Source: Clostridia bacterium
GTDB lineage: Bacteria; Bacillota; Clostridia; Oscillospirales; CAG-272
Assembly: GCA_017502135.1 (NCBI GenBank)
Contig: JAFVVP010000005.1
Coordinates: 180,811-244,810 of the forward strand
Reading direction: 5' to 3'
Length of the DNA stretch: 64,000 nt
Below are positions 1 through 8,422 of the stretch, piece after piece (positions within the stretch are counted from its first letter, which is position 1; every line of letters starts with the position of its first letter). The notes under the pieces are model-generated. The model searched no databases and was not told where the DNA came from. It saw only the letters and a program-made list of their open reading frames with translations. A program made the position numbers and the translations under genes.

Positions 1-289
1 CCGGGGTCATCTTAACGTAAGTAACCTTTTCCTGTCCCTCGGCATATACCTCAACGACAGGCTCGTACTGGCAAATACCAATGCATCCGGTCTGCGTTAC
101 AGAAACAGATTCTGTAAGGCCTGCTTCGTTCACAGCCTCCACGAATGCGTTAAGAACGGGACGTGCGCCGGCCGCAATACCGCAGGTTGCCATACCGACA
201 ACAATTCTGGTAGAACCGGAGCCTTTGCGGATCGCGACCTTGTCTTGCATTTTTGCTTTGATCGCCATCAATTCTTCTAAAGACTTCAT
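1..289 (-). CDS. thioredoxin-like [2Fe-2S] ferredoxin of the hydrogenase operon (C-terminus lies beyond the window edge)
   Basis: Not in the ORF track because it runs off the window. Reverse translation from ATG (289-287) reads MKSLEELMAIKAKMQDKVAIRKGSGSTRIVVGMATCGIAAGARPVLNAFVEAV...TQTGCIGICQYEPVVEVY, typical of thioredoxin-fold 2Fe-2S ferredoxins. The + strand ORF 81..293 is its shadow. Confidence 0.75.
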   Translation of the reverse strand, partial: MKSLEELMAIKAKMQDKVAIRKGSGSTRIVVGMATCGIAAGARPVLNAFVEAVNEAGLTESVSVTQTGCIGICQYEPVVEVYAEGQEKVTYVKMTP

Positions 290-321
290 TTGATTGATCC
301 TTTCCTAATTATGTAAATTTA

Positions 322-873
322 TTATTGAATCGCATCATACTGTTCCCGCAGGTTGCCTTCTATCCATGAAAGGATCTCCGGTTCTGCGAGAGATATATCC
401 TCACCGAGGATCTGACGGATTTCCGACGTGTCAAGTGCGACCTCGCCGTTTTCCGTTTTATGAGTGTAAACAAAATCAATTTCGGGTGAACCGTGTATCA
501 ACGTCTTCACCGTATCGACCATATCACCGAGAGGGACGAAATCAATATGATTCCGACCGAACCGAGCAGAAGTGGTCGTACCGTGCTCTGCACTGATAGA
601 TTCGTGAACAGAGTGGATCTGCACTTCCCCGCCGGTCATCTCAGCGAGCATTTTCAGAAACGGAATTCCGAGTCCGACATTTCGCGTTTTTCGCGTCGTA
701 AAAAACGGATTCCCCAATTTCTCAACCTGCTCCGGTGTCATGCCGCAGCCGTTGTCCGAAACAGTGAAGTAAAGCCAATCTCCCTCCTCCGTAAGACTAA
801 CGGAGATTTTGTCAGCCCCCGCACGCACGGAATTCATCGTTATATCGAGTACGTACAGTGAAAACTCAAACAT
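322..873 (-). CDS. stand-alone GHKL (histidine-kinase-like) ATPase domain protein
   Basis: ORF 322..906. HATPase_c-type motifs are present (VSDNGCGM, NVGLGIPF, TGGEV). Start moved to MFEFS (ATG at 873), which has an AGGAAGGA Shine-Dalgarno and an ATGTTTGA overlap with the stop of the upstream PHP gene. Confidence 0.8.
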   Translation of the reverse strand: MFEFSLYVLDITMNSVRAGADKISVSLTEEGDWLYFTVSDNGCGMTPEQVEKLGNPFFTTRKTRNVGLGIPFLKMLAEMTGGEVQIHSVHESISAEHGTTTSARFGRNHIDFVPLGDMVDTVKTLIHGSPEIDFVYTHKTENGEVALDTSEIRQILGEDISLAEPEILSWIEGNLREQYDAIQ

Positions 874-1618
874 AGACAAATCCTTCCTCTCCGCGCAGAT
901 ATGCAATCAACCGATCTGCCACCAATGCTGACGAATATGGCTCGTCGTCGATCACAAAACTATTGTGAGCTTCCGAAATCTTTGAAAGATCGTGTGCATC
1001 AGAAGAAACGACGTGCCTCAGTTTCGAAAGAGACGGAAACTGTGCCGTATACTGCTCTTTCGAATCAGCTGCGTTAAGCTCGTATGCCGTGTACGCCGGT
1101 GCCTCCGGGAACGCACCAAGGACCGAAACGATTCCGTTCGACGTCCGATCAATATGCGCCGGATAAGAGACACCACCGTGTTCCCACGCCATCCTGAAAG
1201 CCTCATCTAACGATACAGCGGTCGCATTAATGAGCAGATCCTCTTCCTCAGCGATAACCCGATCCTCTTCGTCCATCACAAACTGATTGCCGAAGATAAG
1301 CGGTTTATTGCGGATGCGGATTCTTTTCTCAGATACGGCAAGATCAAATTCGGTCGCAGCCGCAAGTGTGGGAAACAGGCAGATAACGTGAATATCTTCC
1401 GACGTGGTCAACTCCATACCCGCAATCGGTATCAGACCGTATGTCTTGGCCGCTTTAAAAAAAGCGGGGCAATTTCGGGTAGTGTTGTGATCCGTCAAAG
1501 CTGCAATCTGCAATCCATTGAGAACAGCCATACCGGCGATGTTGGCAGGTGTTGCTTCGTCGTCACCGCACGGTGAAAGGCAGGAATGTATGTGCAAATC
1601 GTAGAAATACCGATTCAT
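866..1618 (-). CDS. PHP-domain phosphoesterase
   Basis: N-terminus MNRYFYDLHIHSCLSPCGDDEATP...LTDHNT is the PHP (polymerase/histidinol phosphatase) metal-binding signature. ATGA overlap with the upstream DRTGG gene. Confidence 0.85.
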   Translation of the reverse strand: MNRYFYDLHIHSCLSPCGDDEATPANIAGMAVLNGLQIAALTDHNTTRNCPAFFKAAKTYGLIPIAGMELTTSEDIHVICLFPTLAAATEFDLAVSEKRIRIRNKPLIFGNQFVMDEEDRVIAEEEDLLINATAVSLDEAFRMAWEHGGVSYPAHIDRTSNGIVSVLGAFPEAPAYTAYELNAADSKEQYTAQFPSLSKLRHVVSSDAHDLSKISEAHNSFVIDDEPYSSALVADRLIAYLRGEEGFVYV

Positions 1619-1947
1619 AAACCTTTATCAACGGAGCCGATGACACGACATATCTCATACACGCTTAAATCGCTCGAGAGAACTGTGATATTATTTTCTC
1701 GCGCAGCCGCTTCGGCTTCCGGCATGAGTTGCACGCCTTCCGCAAGAATGACAGCAGCGGCTTCCGTCAAGGAAGCAACGGCAACCACGTTCATGTTGTT
1801 CATGATGGTTATCCACAAGTTCCCCGCTTCCACACGGCTCATCGCCCTGCTGAGAAGATCGCCTGCATAGACGCCTTCAAATGAATCGGGGATTTCCCCG
1901 ACAACGGGAAAGAGTGAAAGCTTATCCGTCAGATCAGAAAATAACAT
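1615..1947 (-). CDS. DRTGG domain protein (small, 110 aa)
   Basis: Its size and sequence (..GDLLSRAM..WITIMNNMNVVAVASL..AAVILAEG..) resemble DRTGG domain proteins. GGAGGA SD upstream. Confidence 0.65.
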   Translation of the reverse strand: MLFSDLTDKLSLFPVVGEIPDSFEGVYAGDLLSRAMSRVEAGNLWITIMNNMNVVAVASLTEAAAVILAEGVQLMPEAEAAARENNITVLSSDLSVYEICRVIGSVDKGL

Positions 1948-1961
1948 ACTTTCCTCCGCGC

Positions 1962-3314
1962 TTATTTGGATTCAGCCGTTTTTGTTTGGTTCGCGTTATG
2001 ACGAGGCACAAGGGGCTTCAATCCTTCGAGAATTGCTTTTTCCTCATGCTCTTTCAAATACTCATGAAACAAAGATCGCATGATCACCGTACATTCATCG
2101 GAGTTGGTATCACCTTTGATAATATCCTCCGCGAACGCCATACAGGTAGGAGCACCGCAAGAACCGCAATCGATCCCGGGCAGACTCTTGCAAATAGATT
2201 CGATGTCTCGCATCATCTGCATGGCCTCTTCCCGGTTCTCAGATAACTTTGCACTGGGGGTGTACTGAAGTCCACCTTCAGCCATTACAGTTTCCGGGAT
2301 TTCCTTTTCAGTGGGACGATTGGGAGAAACGGGCAGATAGCGCTTGAGCAACTGAAGGCGCGCCTGTGCAATGTAGGGATTGGCTACCGTCATCGCACCG
2401 CCCACACAGCCGCCACTGCATGCGTTCAGTTCTACGTAATCCAGATTATGAATATCTTCATTATCTATCCGTTCCAGAACGCGGATGCAGTTCTCTATTC
2501 CGTCCGCAGCCAGATAGCGTTCGTTGAAAACAGCAGCCGATTCACCGCCGGTGGATGCCCAGCCGATTCCAACCATACCGGATTCGGTTGTTTCATCCGT
2601 TCCGTTTTCACGCAATTTCTTCATTTCATCGAGAAGAACGAAGTAAACGTCCCTCACCGATACGACGTGATCAATATAATTCTTCTCGCCGGCAAAACCG
2701 TTCTTTACGTAGCTCACTTTCGCCGGACAGGGAGAGATGAAGAAGACACCGATTTCATCCGGTGAAAGTTCCGGATGAGTTTCTAAGGCTTCTTCCTTTG
2801 CCAGCCGCGCCGCGATATCAATCGGCGCCAAAAGCGGTATGACATGTTCGCAAAGGAACGGGAAATTCATACTGATAATGCGCGAGATTGCGGGACAGGC
2901 AGAACTGATAACAGGCTTTACAATTCCGGGCCGGTTAAGATAGAGACGCGTATAAGCGGAAACGATTTCCGCCGCCCGCGCAACCTCAAAAACCGAATCA
3001 AATCCGATTTCCTTGAGACCGCCGAGGATATAGCCGATGTTATCCAGGTTATCAAACTGACCGTACAATGACGGCGCAGGAAGCGCAATGGTGTATTTGT
3101 AGTTGTTCAGGCAATCAAGCGAGTCGTACACGGCTTTTTTTGCTTTGTGCGGACAAACCCGAATGCACTCGCCGCAATCAATGCAGCGGGAGGGGTTAAT
3201 AACGGCACGTCCGTCACGAATGCGAATCGCTTCCGTGGGACAGCGTTTCAAACAAGTGGTACATCCTTTACATTTACTCTCATCGAGAGAAACGGAATGT
3301 TTGTATGTAGCCAT
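1962..3314 (-). CDS. HydS-like [FeFe]-hydrogenase homologue (2x[4Fe-4S] ferredoxin domain, H-cluster domain, C-terminal RnfB-type 4-Cys domain); putative sensor
   Basis: Two CxxCxxCxxxCP motifs (C15-C25, C44-C54). H-cluster motif equivalents are SSACP (aa 137-141), SPCPAK (194-199) and ELNACSGGCVGG (295-306). C-terminal CGSCGAPTC...C motif. No PAS domain. Confidence 0.8.
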   Translation of the reverse strand: MATYKHSVSLDESKCKGCTTCLKRCPTEAIRIRDGRAVINPSRCIDCGECIRVCPHKAKKAVYDSLDCLNNYKYTIALPAPSLYGQFDNLDNIGYILGGLKEIGFDSVFEVARAAEIVSAYTRLYLNRPGIVKPVISSACPAISRIISMNFPFLCEHVIPLLAPIDIAARLAKEEALETHPELSPDEIGVFFISPCPAKVSYVKNGFAGEKNYIDHVVSVRDVYFVLLDEMKKLRENGTDETTESGMVGIGWASTGGESAAVFNERYLAADGIENCIRVLERIDNEDIHNLDYVELNACSGGCVGGAMTVANPYIAQARLQLLKRYLPVSPNRPTEKEIPETVMAEGGLQYTPSAKLSENREEAMQMMRDIESICKSLPGIDCGSCGAPTCMAFAEDIIKGDTNSDECTVIMRSLFHEYLKEHEEKAILEGLKPLVPRHNANQTKTAESK

Positions 3315-3344
3315 AACCGTACCCAGCCTTTCTTCAGCGGGCTA

Positions 3345-3770
3345 TCAGTTCAACTTGATTTTCATCGTTACCGTTGTTCCGACGCCAACCTCAGAGTCAA
3401 TTTGCATAAAGTCGGTATATTTTTTCATGTTGGGAAGTCCCATTCCGGCGCCAAACCCGAGCGAGCGAATGTTATCACAGGCAGTTGAATAGCCTTCCTG
3501 CATAGCCAAAGAAACATCAGGGATACCGGGACCGCGATCTTTAAGAACGATCGTAATCTCATTGTCATCCACTGTAACGTCGGCAGTGCCGCCGTCGGCG
3601 TGGATCACCATGTTGATCTCTCCTTCATACATTGCAATCGAAACACGACGCATGATATCCGGGGAAAAGCCCAACTGCCTCAGTTTCTTTTTGACCACCA
3701 CCGAAGCCTCACCCGCAGAAGAAAAATTTTCTCCGTCTACGTCAAAGTGAAACTTTAAGACCTCACCCAT
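3345..3770 (-). CDS. RsbW/SpoIIAB-like GHKL ATPase (anti-sigma-factor-type Ser/Thr kinase fold)
   Basis: ORF 3345..3827. Motifs ..NMVIHA.., KDRGPGIPD and GFGAGMGLPN fit HATPase_c. Start moved to MGEVLKF (ATG at 3770), giving an ATGGGTGA overlap with the upstream DRTGG gene stop. Confidence 0.75.
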   Translation of the reverse strand: MGEVLKFHFDVDGENFSSAGEASVVVKKKLRQLGFSPDIMRRVSIAMYEGEINMVIHADGGTADVTVDDNEITIVLKDRGPGIPDVSLAMQEGYSTACDNIRSLGFGAGMGLPNMKKYTDFMQIDSEVGVGTTVTMKIKLN

Positions 3771-4122
3771 GAATCTTACCCGCGTTTCCTCGAAGGCCCG
3801 ATGTGTACAAATGCCCACACGCTTCATAGGCGCGCATATCCGACTTCATAAGCACGATCCCGCAAGCTTCTGCAAGCTCAATCATCTCCTCAGTGGGTGC
3901 TTTGCTTCTGACGAAAACGACGCAGACCATGTCCATCATACTGGCGGTTCTGATAACTTGAGGATTAATAAGTCCGGTTATAAGAACCCCCTGATCTTTA
4001 ACGTACGCCAAAACATCGCTCATCATATCACTGCAGCACGCGGAAAAAACATCGTGCTCCAGAGCCTCTTCACCACACAAGAGAGTTGCGTTCAAAAGCT
4101 TTTGGATTTCGCAAATTTTCAT
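3763..4122 (-). CDS. DRTGG domain protein (second copy)
   Basis: ORF 3763..4272. Start moved to MKICEIQKLL (ATG at 4122, AAGGACGGGG SD), because the longer ORF would overlap the NuoE-like gene. The sequence ..DMMSDVLAY..VLITGLINPQVIRTASMMD..VVFVR.. is DRTGG-like. Confidence 0.65.
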   Translation of the reverse strand: MKICEIQKLLNATLLCGEEALEHDVFSACCSDMMSDVLAYVKDQGVLITGLINPQVIRTASMMDMVCVVFVRSKAPTEEMIELAEACGIVLMKSDMRAYEACGHLYTSGLRGNAGKIHG

Positions 4123-4175
4123 AAAGAACCCCGTCCTTTCGCAAAAAATTAATTCGTTATGCGATGCGGGAAAAC

Positions 4176-4673
4176 TTAATTCTGGTATTTTGCAAGAATG
4201 TCTTTCAGCATATCGGGAGTAAGACGTCCGTAAACATCCTCGCCGATCGTCAGAACAGGAGCAAGACCGCAAGCACCGATGCAGCGCGTCGCTTCCAGAC
4301 TGAATTTAAGATCAGGGGTAAGACCGCCGTTTTCGATACCAAGCAGAGATTCCATTTTCTCCATCAGTTTGCCGGCACCCTTAACATAGCAAGCAGTACC
4401 AAGGCAGATCGCTACCGGATACTGGCCCTTAGGGTTGAGCAAGAACTGTGAATAGAAAGTGGCAACACCGAACACCTCGGATACGGGTACGTCCAAACCG
4501 TCAGCAATCATCTGCTGAACTTCAACGGGAAGGTAGCCGTAGATGTCCTGTGCTTTTTGAAGAATCGGCATAAGGGCACCGGCTTCACCTTTGTGCTGTG
4601 CGATCACCGCATCCAGAGCGGTCTTTTGCTCCGGCGTACCGGAGAACGGCACGGAAGTCAGTTTCTTTTTCAT
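4176..4673 (-). CDS. NuoE/HydC-family [2Fe-2S] subunit of an NADH-linked (bifurcating-type) hydrogenase
   Basis: Thioredoxin-like 2Fe-2S motif CLGTACYVKG...CIGACGLAP. AGGAGG SD. First gene of the hydrogenase cluster in this window. Confidence 0.9.
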   Translation of the reverse strand: MKKKLTSVPFSGTPEQKTALDAVIAQHKGEAGALMPILQKAQDIYGYLPVEVQQMIADGLDVPVSEVFGVATFYSQFLLNPKGQYPVAICLGTACYVKGAGKLMEKMESLLGIENGGLTPDLKFSLEATRCIGACGLAPVLTIGEDVYGRLTPDMLKDILAKYQN

Positions 4674-4760
4674 GACTTTTTCCTCCTACATTGTCATAAG
4701 ACAGAATTTCTGGGGATTTGCGTAGCATATGTATTGCCGCTTTGCGGCTTAATGCACTTA

Positions 4761-5600
4761 TTAATTTTCGCAAAACTCTGCTACCGCGTCAGCCGCAGCG
4801 TCAAGGTAATCGTTCTCCATAAGTTCGATGATTCCCTTGTCACAGAGGGACGAGAGTCTCGGATCAAGCGGAACGCGTCCGAGAAGACGGATGCCGTATT
4901 CAGCGCAAACTTCCTCCGCACGGCTTTCACCGAAAACGTGAAGCTCCTTGCCGCAGTCAGGGCACTTCACATATGACATGTTTTCAACAAGACCGATTAC
5001 AGGGATGTTCATGAGTTTCGCCATGTTGAGAGCTTTTTTCACAATCATGGAAACAAGTTCCTGCGGCGTTGTAACGATGATGATACCGTCGAGCGGTAGG
5101 GACTGGAATACTGTCAAGGGTACATCACCGGTGCCGGGGGGCATATCTACGAACATATAATTCACGTCCGTCCAAATAACGTCCGTCCAGAACTGCTTAA
5201 CCGTACCCGCGATTACAGGTCCGCGCCATACAACGGGCCGCGACTCATCTTCGAGAAGGAGGTTCACGGACATCATCTGAATACCGGTTGTCGTGGTAAG
5301 CGGGATAAGTCCGTTTCCGTCGCTCATTACATCACCCTTCGTACCGAAGGCCTTCGGGATAGACGGACCGGTGATATCCGCATCGAGAATAGCAACGCCG
5401 TTATCGCGGCGACGCATTAGAACGGACAGAATAGAGGTAACGATCGATTTACCGACACCGCCTTTTCCGCTTACAATGCCGATCACGTGCTTAACTGTAC
5501 TCTGCGGGTTGAGCTGCTCTTTCTCAATCTCCTGACGAGATGAGCAGTTGGCGGAACACGTAGAACAGTTATGGGTACATTCTTCGTGGTTTTCAGCCAT
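4761..5600 (-). CDS. Mrp/NBP35/ApbC-family Fe-S cluster carrier ATPase
   Basis: Deviant Walker A GKGGVGKS, a Cys-rich N-terminus (CTHNCSTCSANC) and a C-terminal CPDCG motif. Confidence 0.9.
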   Translation of the reverse strand: MAENHEECTHNCSTCSANCSSRQEIEKEQLNPQSTVKHVIGIVSGKGGVGKSIVTSILSVLMRRRDNGVAILDADITGPSIPKAFGTKGDVMSDGNGLIPLTTTTGIQMMSVNLLLEDESRPVVWRGPVIAGTVKQFWTDVIWTDVNYMFVDMPPGTGDVPLTVFQSLPLDGIIIVTTPQELVSMIVKKALNMAKLMNIPVIGLVENMSYVKCPDCGKELHVFGESRAEEVCAEYGIRLLGRVPLDPRLSSLCDKGIIELMENDYLDAAADAVAEFCEN

Positions 5601-5638
5601 AAGAATCCCTCACTTTCGTAATAATTTCAAACATAATC

Positions 5639-5667
5639 ATTATACCGCATTTTTTGTAAGATTACAA
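5639..5667 (-). promoter_or_regulatory. sigma-A-type promoter for the mrp-like gene
   Basis: On the minus strand: TTGTAA (5667-5662), 17 nt spacer, TATAAT (5644-5639). This lies about 35 nt upstream of the GTGAGGGA SD and the ATG. Confidence 0.6.
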
Positions 5668-5759
5668 GAGTTACGGAAAAGATTTTATGTTAAAACAAGC
5701 GAATTTGACAAAATTTTTGCAGATTCAACACTAACAGACTGTAAGTTGTTCGGTAGGTT

Positions 5760-8414
5760 TTAACATTCGCCGTTCGATTCATTTGACCGTGCTCCAAAAA
5801 AGCACTTCCAATACAAAAAACGCGCCAAAGAAAGCATAAGTGCGACCGCCACTCCTGCAAGTGCAGCCATAATGCTCACGGGACGCCACACCGTAACGAC
5901 AGTTATTAACGCAAGAGCGGTATAAATCAGCATAGCCGCATTTACACGAATGTGGCGTATTCTTGCTTGTCCGTGAGTAAAGTACATAGAAAGCGCCAAG
6001 AAGACAGACGAAAGAATCGCGATGATATAAGAAACGGCATGGGGAACCTCACCGGAAGCAATTCGGGAAAGATACATAGTGAAAACACTTTGCGTCACAC
6101 CTGCCATGACGCCGAAAAGTGCATGCAAGAGCATAGTTTTCTTATCGAAAAGAATCTCTCTGTTCATAGGCCCGGATGAACTTAAAGGTGATCTTGAAAA
6201 AGCAAACATCAAAACCGCTGTGAAGTCTAAAATAAGCCCCCACCACAGTGTCTCGGCAGGTGCGTGCATCGGCAAGCCGAGGAAAGCCGCAGACAACATA
6301 AGCGTCATCCTGAAGATCTGCACAGTAAGCAAATATTCGGCGGCAAGACGCATATGAGCAAATGCTGTTTTACACGATGTAACGATACGCAGCGTCTGCT
6401 CGACGGCTGATAAACTCTTTTTCTCAGATTGACAGCCGGTAGAGGCATCCGATGCAAGAAGAAGGCACTGAGGTGTACGATGAAACGGGCGCTCTGCCGC
6501 AACCGCTACCGATACGGAGGGAAACAACTGGATGTCGTAAAGCACACTGCCGATGTAGGCAGTGTTTTCCACGCGCTCTGCGACTGCGCGCAATATTCTC
6601 GCTCGCTCCCTCCTATTTGATACGGAAACCATGATATTTCCCGCCGCATCACCCGCGGAAATTCGTTCGAGATATGACGAAACCTCAAAAGCTGAGTGAA
6701 GCGCCACAGAGTTTGGCGCTAAAACGCCTGCATTGACAGCCAGCATCCGCTCGGCTTCGCTGCCATCTGTAAACACAATGACGCGGATACCGTTTCCCTG
6801 ACAGCACTCAAGTGCCGCTTTCGTTGTCACATCAATCGGAAGGGCAATTGAGAGAAAGCCGACAAGGCACATCTTTGCGTGGAGGACACTGACTTTAGAA
6901 AGATTCGTACAAGGTGAAACGCGACGCGCAACCGCAACGGTACGGAAAGATTGCGTTTCAAAAAAACGTGCCTGCTCCATCAATGAATTTCGCTCCTCAC
7001 TCGTTATTGCACGAGTACTGCCACACGTTACGATTTCAGAGCAGCACGTGAGAACGTCAGAAAGATTGCCGCTCGTATACACAAACGTCTCACCGGAAGC
7101 CGAGGTGAGAATAGTATGGAGCTTTGAAGTTAGTTTTCTTTCGGTTACCGACGGGAGTTTCAATCGCGATTTCGTTTCTGCGTCAAAATCCTCAAATATC
7201 CGAAAAAGCATCAACGAAAGCGGATCCGCCGAAGGATTACCGTCCGTGTAGACTGGATGAAGGGTACCATAACGGCAAAGAAGAGCAAGCGCACAAATCG
7301 ATGCTGCCTCCTCGCTGACACCAATTGCCTTCGCGTCAAGCCAAGCGCCGTTGGCAAAAGCAGCCTCGAGTCGGATATTACCCGATTCAAAGAGATGCGG
7401 ATCACCCACGACAAGGCATTGCGTTTTTGCGAAACATTCCATCGAATCGGCTGAGCGCAGCACAACAGAGCCGTCACTTTCAGAGCGAAGTTTGTGCATG
7501 GATACCGCAAGAATGATAGCGGCAATCACACAAAGGAACTCGCTCATTGATGCTACAGCCAGAGAGAGTGCGGATAAAAACAACGTATCTATCGTGAGAG
7601 TGCTGTGCCCGGCAAGAAGCCCGCCGAGAGTGATGAGAAGGACAACACCGATCATCAAAAGAGAGATGCTCCGGCACCACGACGAAAGAGAGACGAGCAC
7701 GGAAAGATCCTCTCCGGCGGGGATGGTGATGTGCCCCCTCTTTGCGAAAATGTACGTATCCTCACCGGTAGCGAACGCAACGCCCCGTCCGGATCCGCCG
7801 AGTACGGTTGATCCTGCAAAGAGAATATTTGAGCGAGTCTCGCAAGAAATCTCCTCTGACATAACGGTTGAAGCAGTTTTATTTACAGCACCTCGGTTGC
7901 TCGTAACACCGGCCTCAGATACTGTGAGATCGCCAGAAACCAAACGAACATCTGCTGTAACGGGATCCCCCGGAGAAAACACCAGAATGTCTCCAGGCAC
8001 GACGGCATCAGACGGCAACAGAATCGCTTTGCCGTTTCTTATTACCGTTGCGCGCGGAAGATTTTCCTGAGCGGCGTTTTCGAACATTCTCTGTGCCGCA
8101 ATAAATATGAGAGTCCGTACAGAAGCAGATACCGCCAAAAGGACAAAGAGGACGAGTGCTTCTCTTCCCCTTTGGAAAACCGCTGAAACAGCCGCGGTGA
8201 TAATGAGCAATATGGCGGACAGATCCAAAAATTCACCGCGCGCCGTGTGCGCGGCAGAAGCGCGTTTAACGCACCAGATAGCATTCTGACCGCACTTTCG
8301 TCTTCGCGCGGCCGCTTCTTTGCGCGACAACCCCGTATGCATATCAGCACGAAGAGCGGAACAAACCGAGTCCGCGTCCATGGCGTGCCATACGTTTGGA
8401 TTTTTCTTTTTCAT
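5760..8414 (-). CDS. P-type (P2/SERCA-like) ATPase homologue with degenerate catalytic motifs; probable pseudo-enzyme or membrane scaffold
   Basis: Cation_ATPase_N-like N-terminus (HAMDADSVCSALRADMHTGLSRKEAAARRRKCGQNAI) and multiple TM segments. The signatures read TSNR for TGES (aa 171-174), SEFLC for PEGLP, DPHLF for DKTGT (aa 338-342), VFTDGS for ITGD, and IGSVLYD for GDGVND. Confidence 0.8.
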   Translation of the reverse strand: MKKKNPNVWHAMDADSVCSALRADMHTGLSRKEAAARRRKCGQNAIWCVKRASAAHTARGEFLDLSAILLIITAAVSAVFQRGREALVLFVLLAVSASVRTLIFIAAQRMFENAAQENLPRATVIRNGKAILLPSDAVVPGDILVFSPGDPVTADVRLVSGDLTVSEAGVTSNRGAVNKTASTVMSEEISCETRSNILFAGSTVLGGSGRGVAFATGEDTYIFAKRGHITIPAGEDLSVLVSLSSWCRSISLLMIGVVLLITLGGLLAGHSTLTIDTLFLSALSLAVASMSEFLCVIAAIILAVSMHKLRSESDGSVVLRSADSMECFAKTQCLVVGDPHLFESGNIRLEAAFANGAWLDAKAIGVSEEAASICALALLCRYGTLHPVYTDGNPSADPLSLMLFRIFEDFDAETKSRLKLPSVTERKLTSKLHTILTSASGETFVYTSGNLSDVLTCCSEIVTCGSTRAITSEERNSLMEQARFFETQSFRTVAVARRVSPCTNLSKVSVLHAKMCLVGFLSIALPIDVTTKAALECCQGNGIRVIVFTDGSEAERMLAVNAGVLAPNSVALHSAFEVSSYLERISAGDAAGNIMVSVSNRRERARILRAVAERVENTAYIGSVLYDIQLFPSVSVAVAAERPFHRTPQCLLLASDASTGCQSEKKSLSAVEQTLRIVTSCKTAFAHMRLAAEYLLTVQIFRMTLMLSAAFLGLPMHAPAETLWWGLILDFTAVLMFAFSRSPLSSSGPMNREILFDKKTMLLHALFGVMAGVTQSVFTMYLSRIASGEVPHAVSYIIAILSSVFLALSMYFTHGQARIRHIRVNAAMLIYTALALITVVTVWRPVSIMAALAGVAVALMLSLARFLYWKCFFGARSNESNGEC

Positions 8415-8422
8415 AACACTTC

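Noticed and set aside
4674-4760. I looked for a Rex operator (TTGTGAA-N4-TTCACAA / TTGTTAA-N4-TTAACAA) and a promoter upstream of the NuoE-like hydrogenase gene.
   Set aside because: Only a short TGTC-ATAA-GACA element is present. It has neither the length nor the half-sites of a Rex box, and no convincing -35/-10 pair is visible. The hydrogenase genes may be co-transcribed with mrp or use a non-canonical promoter.
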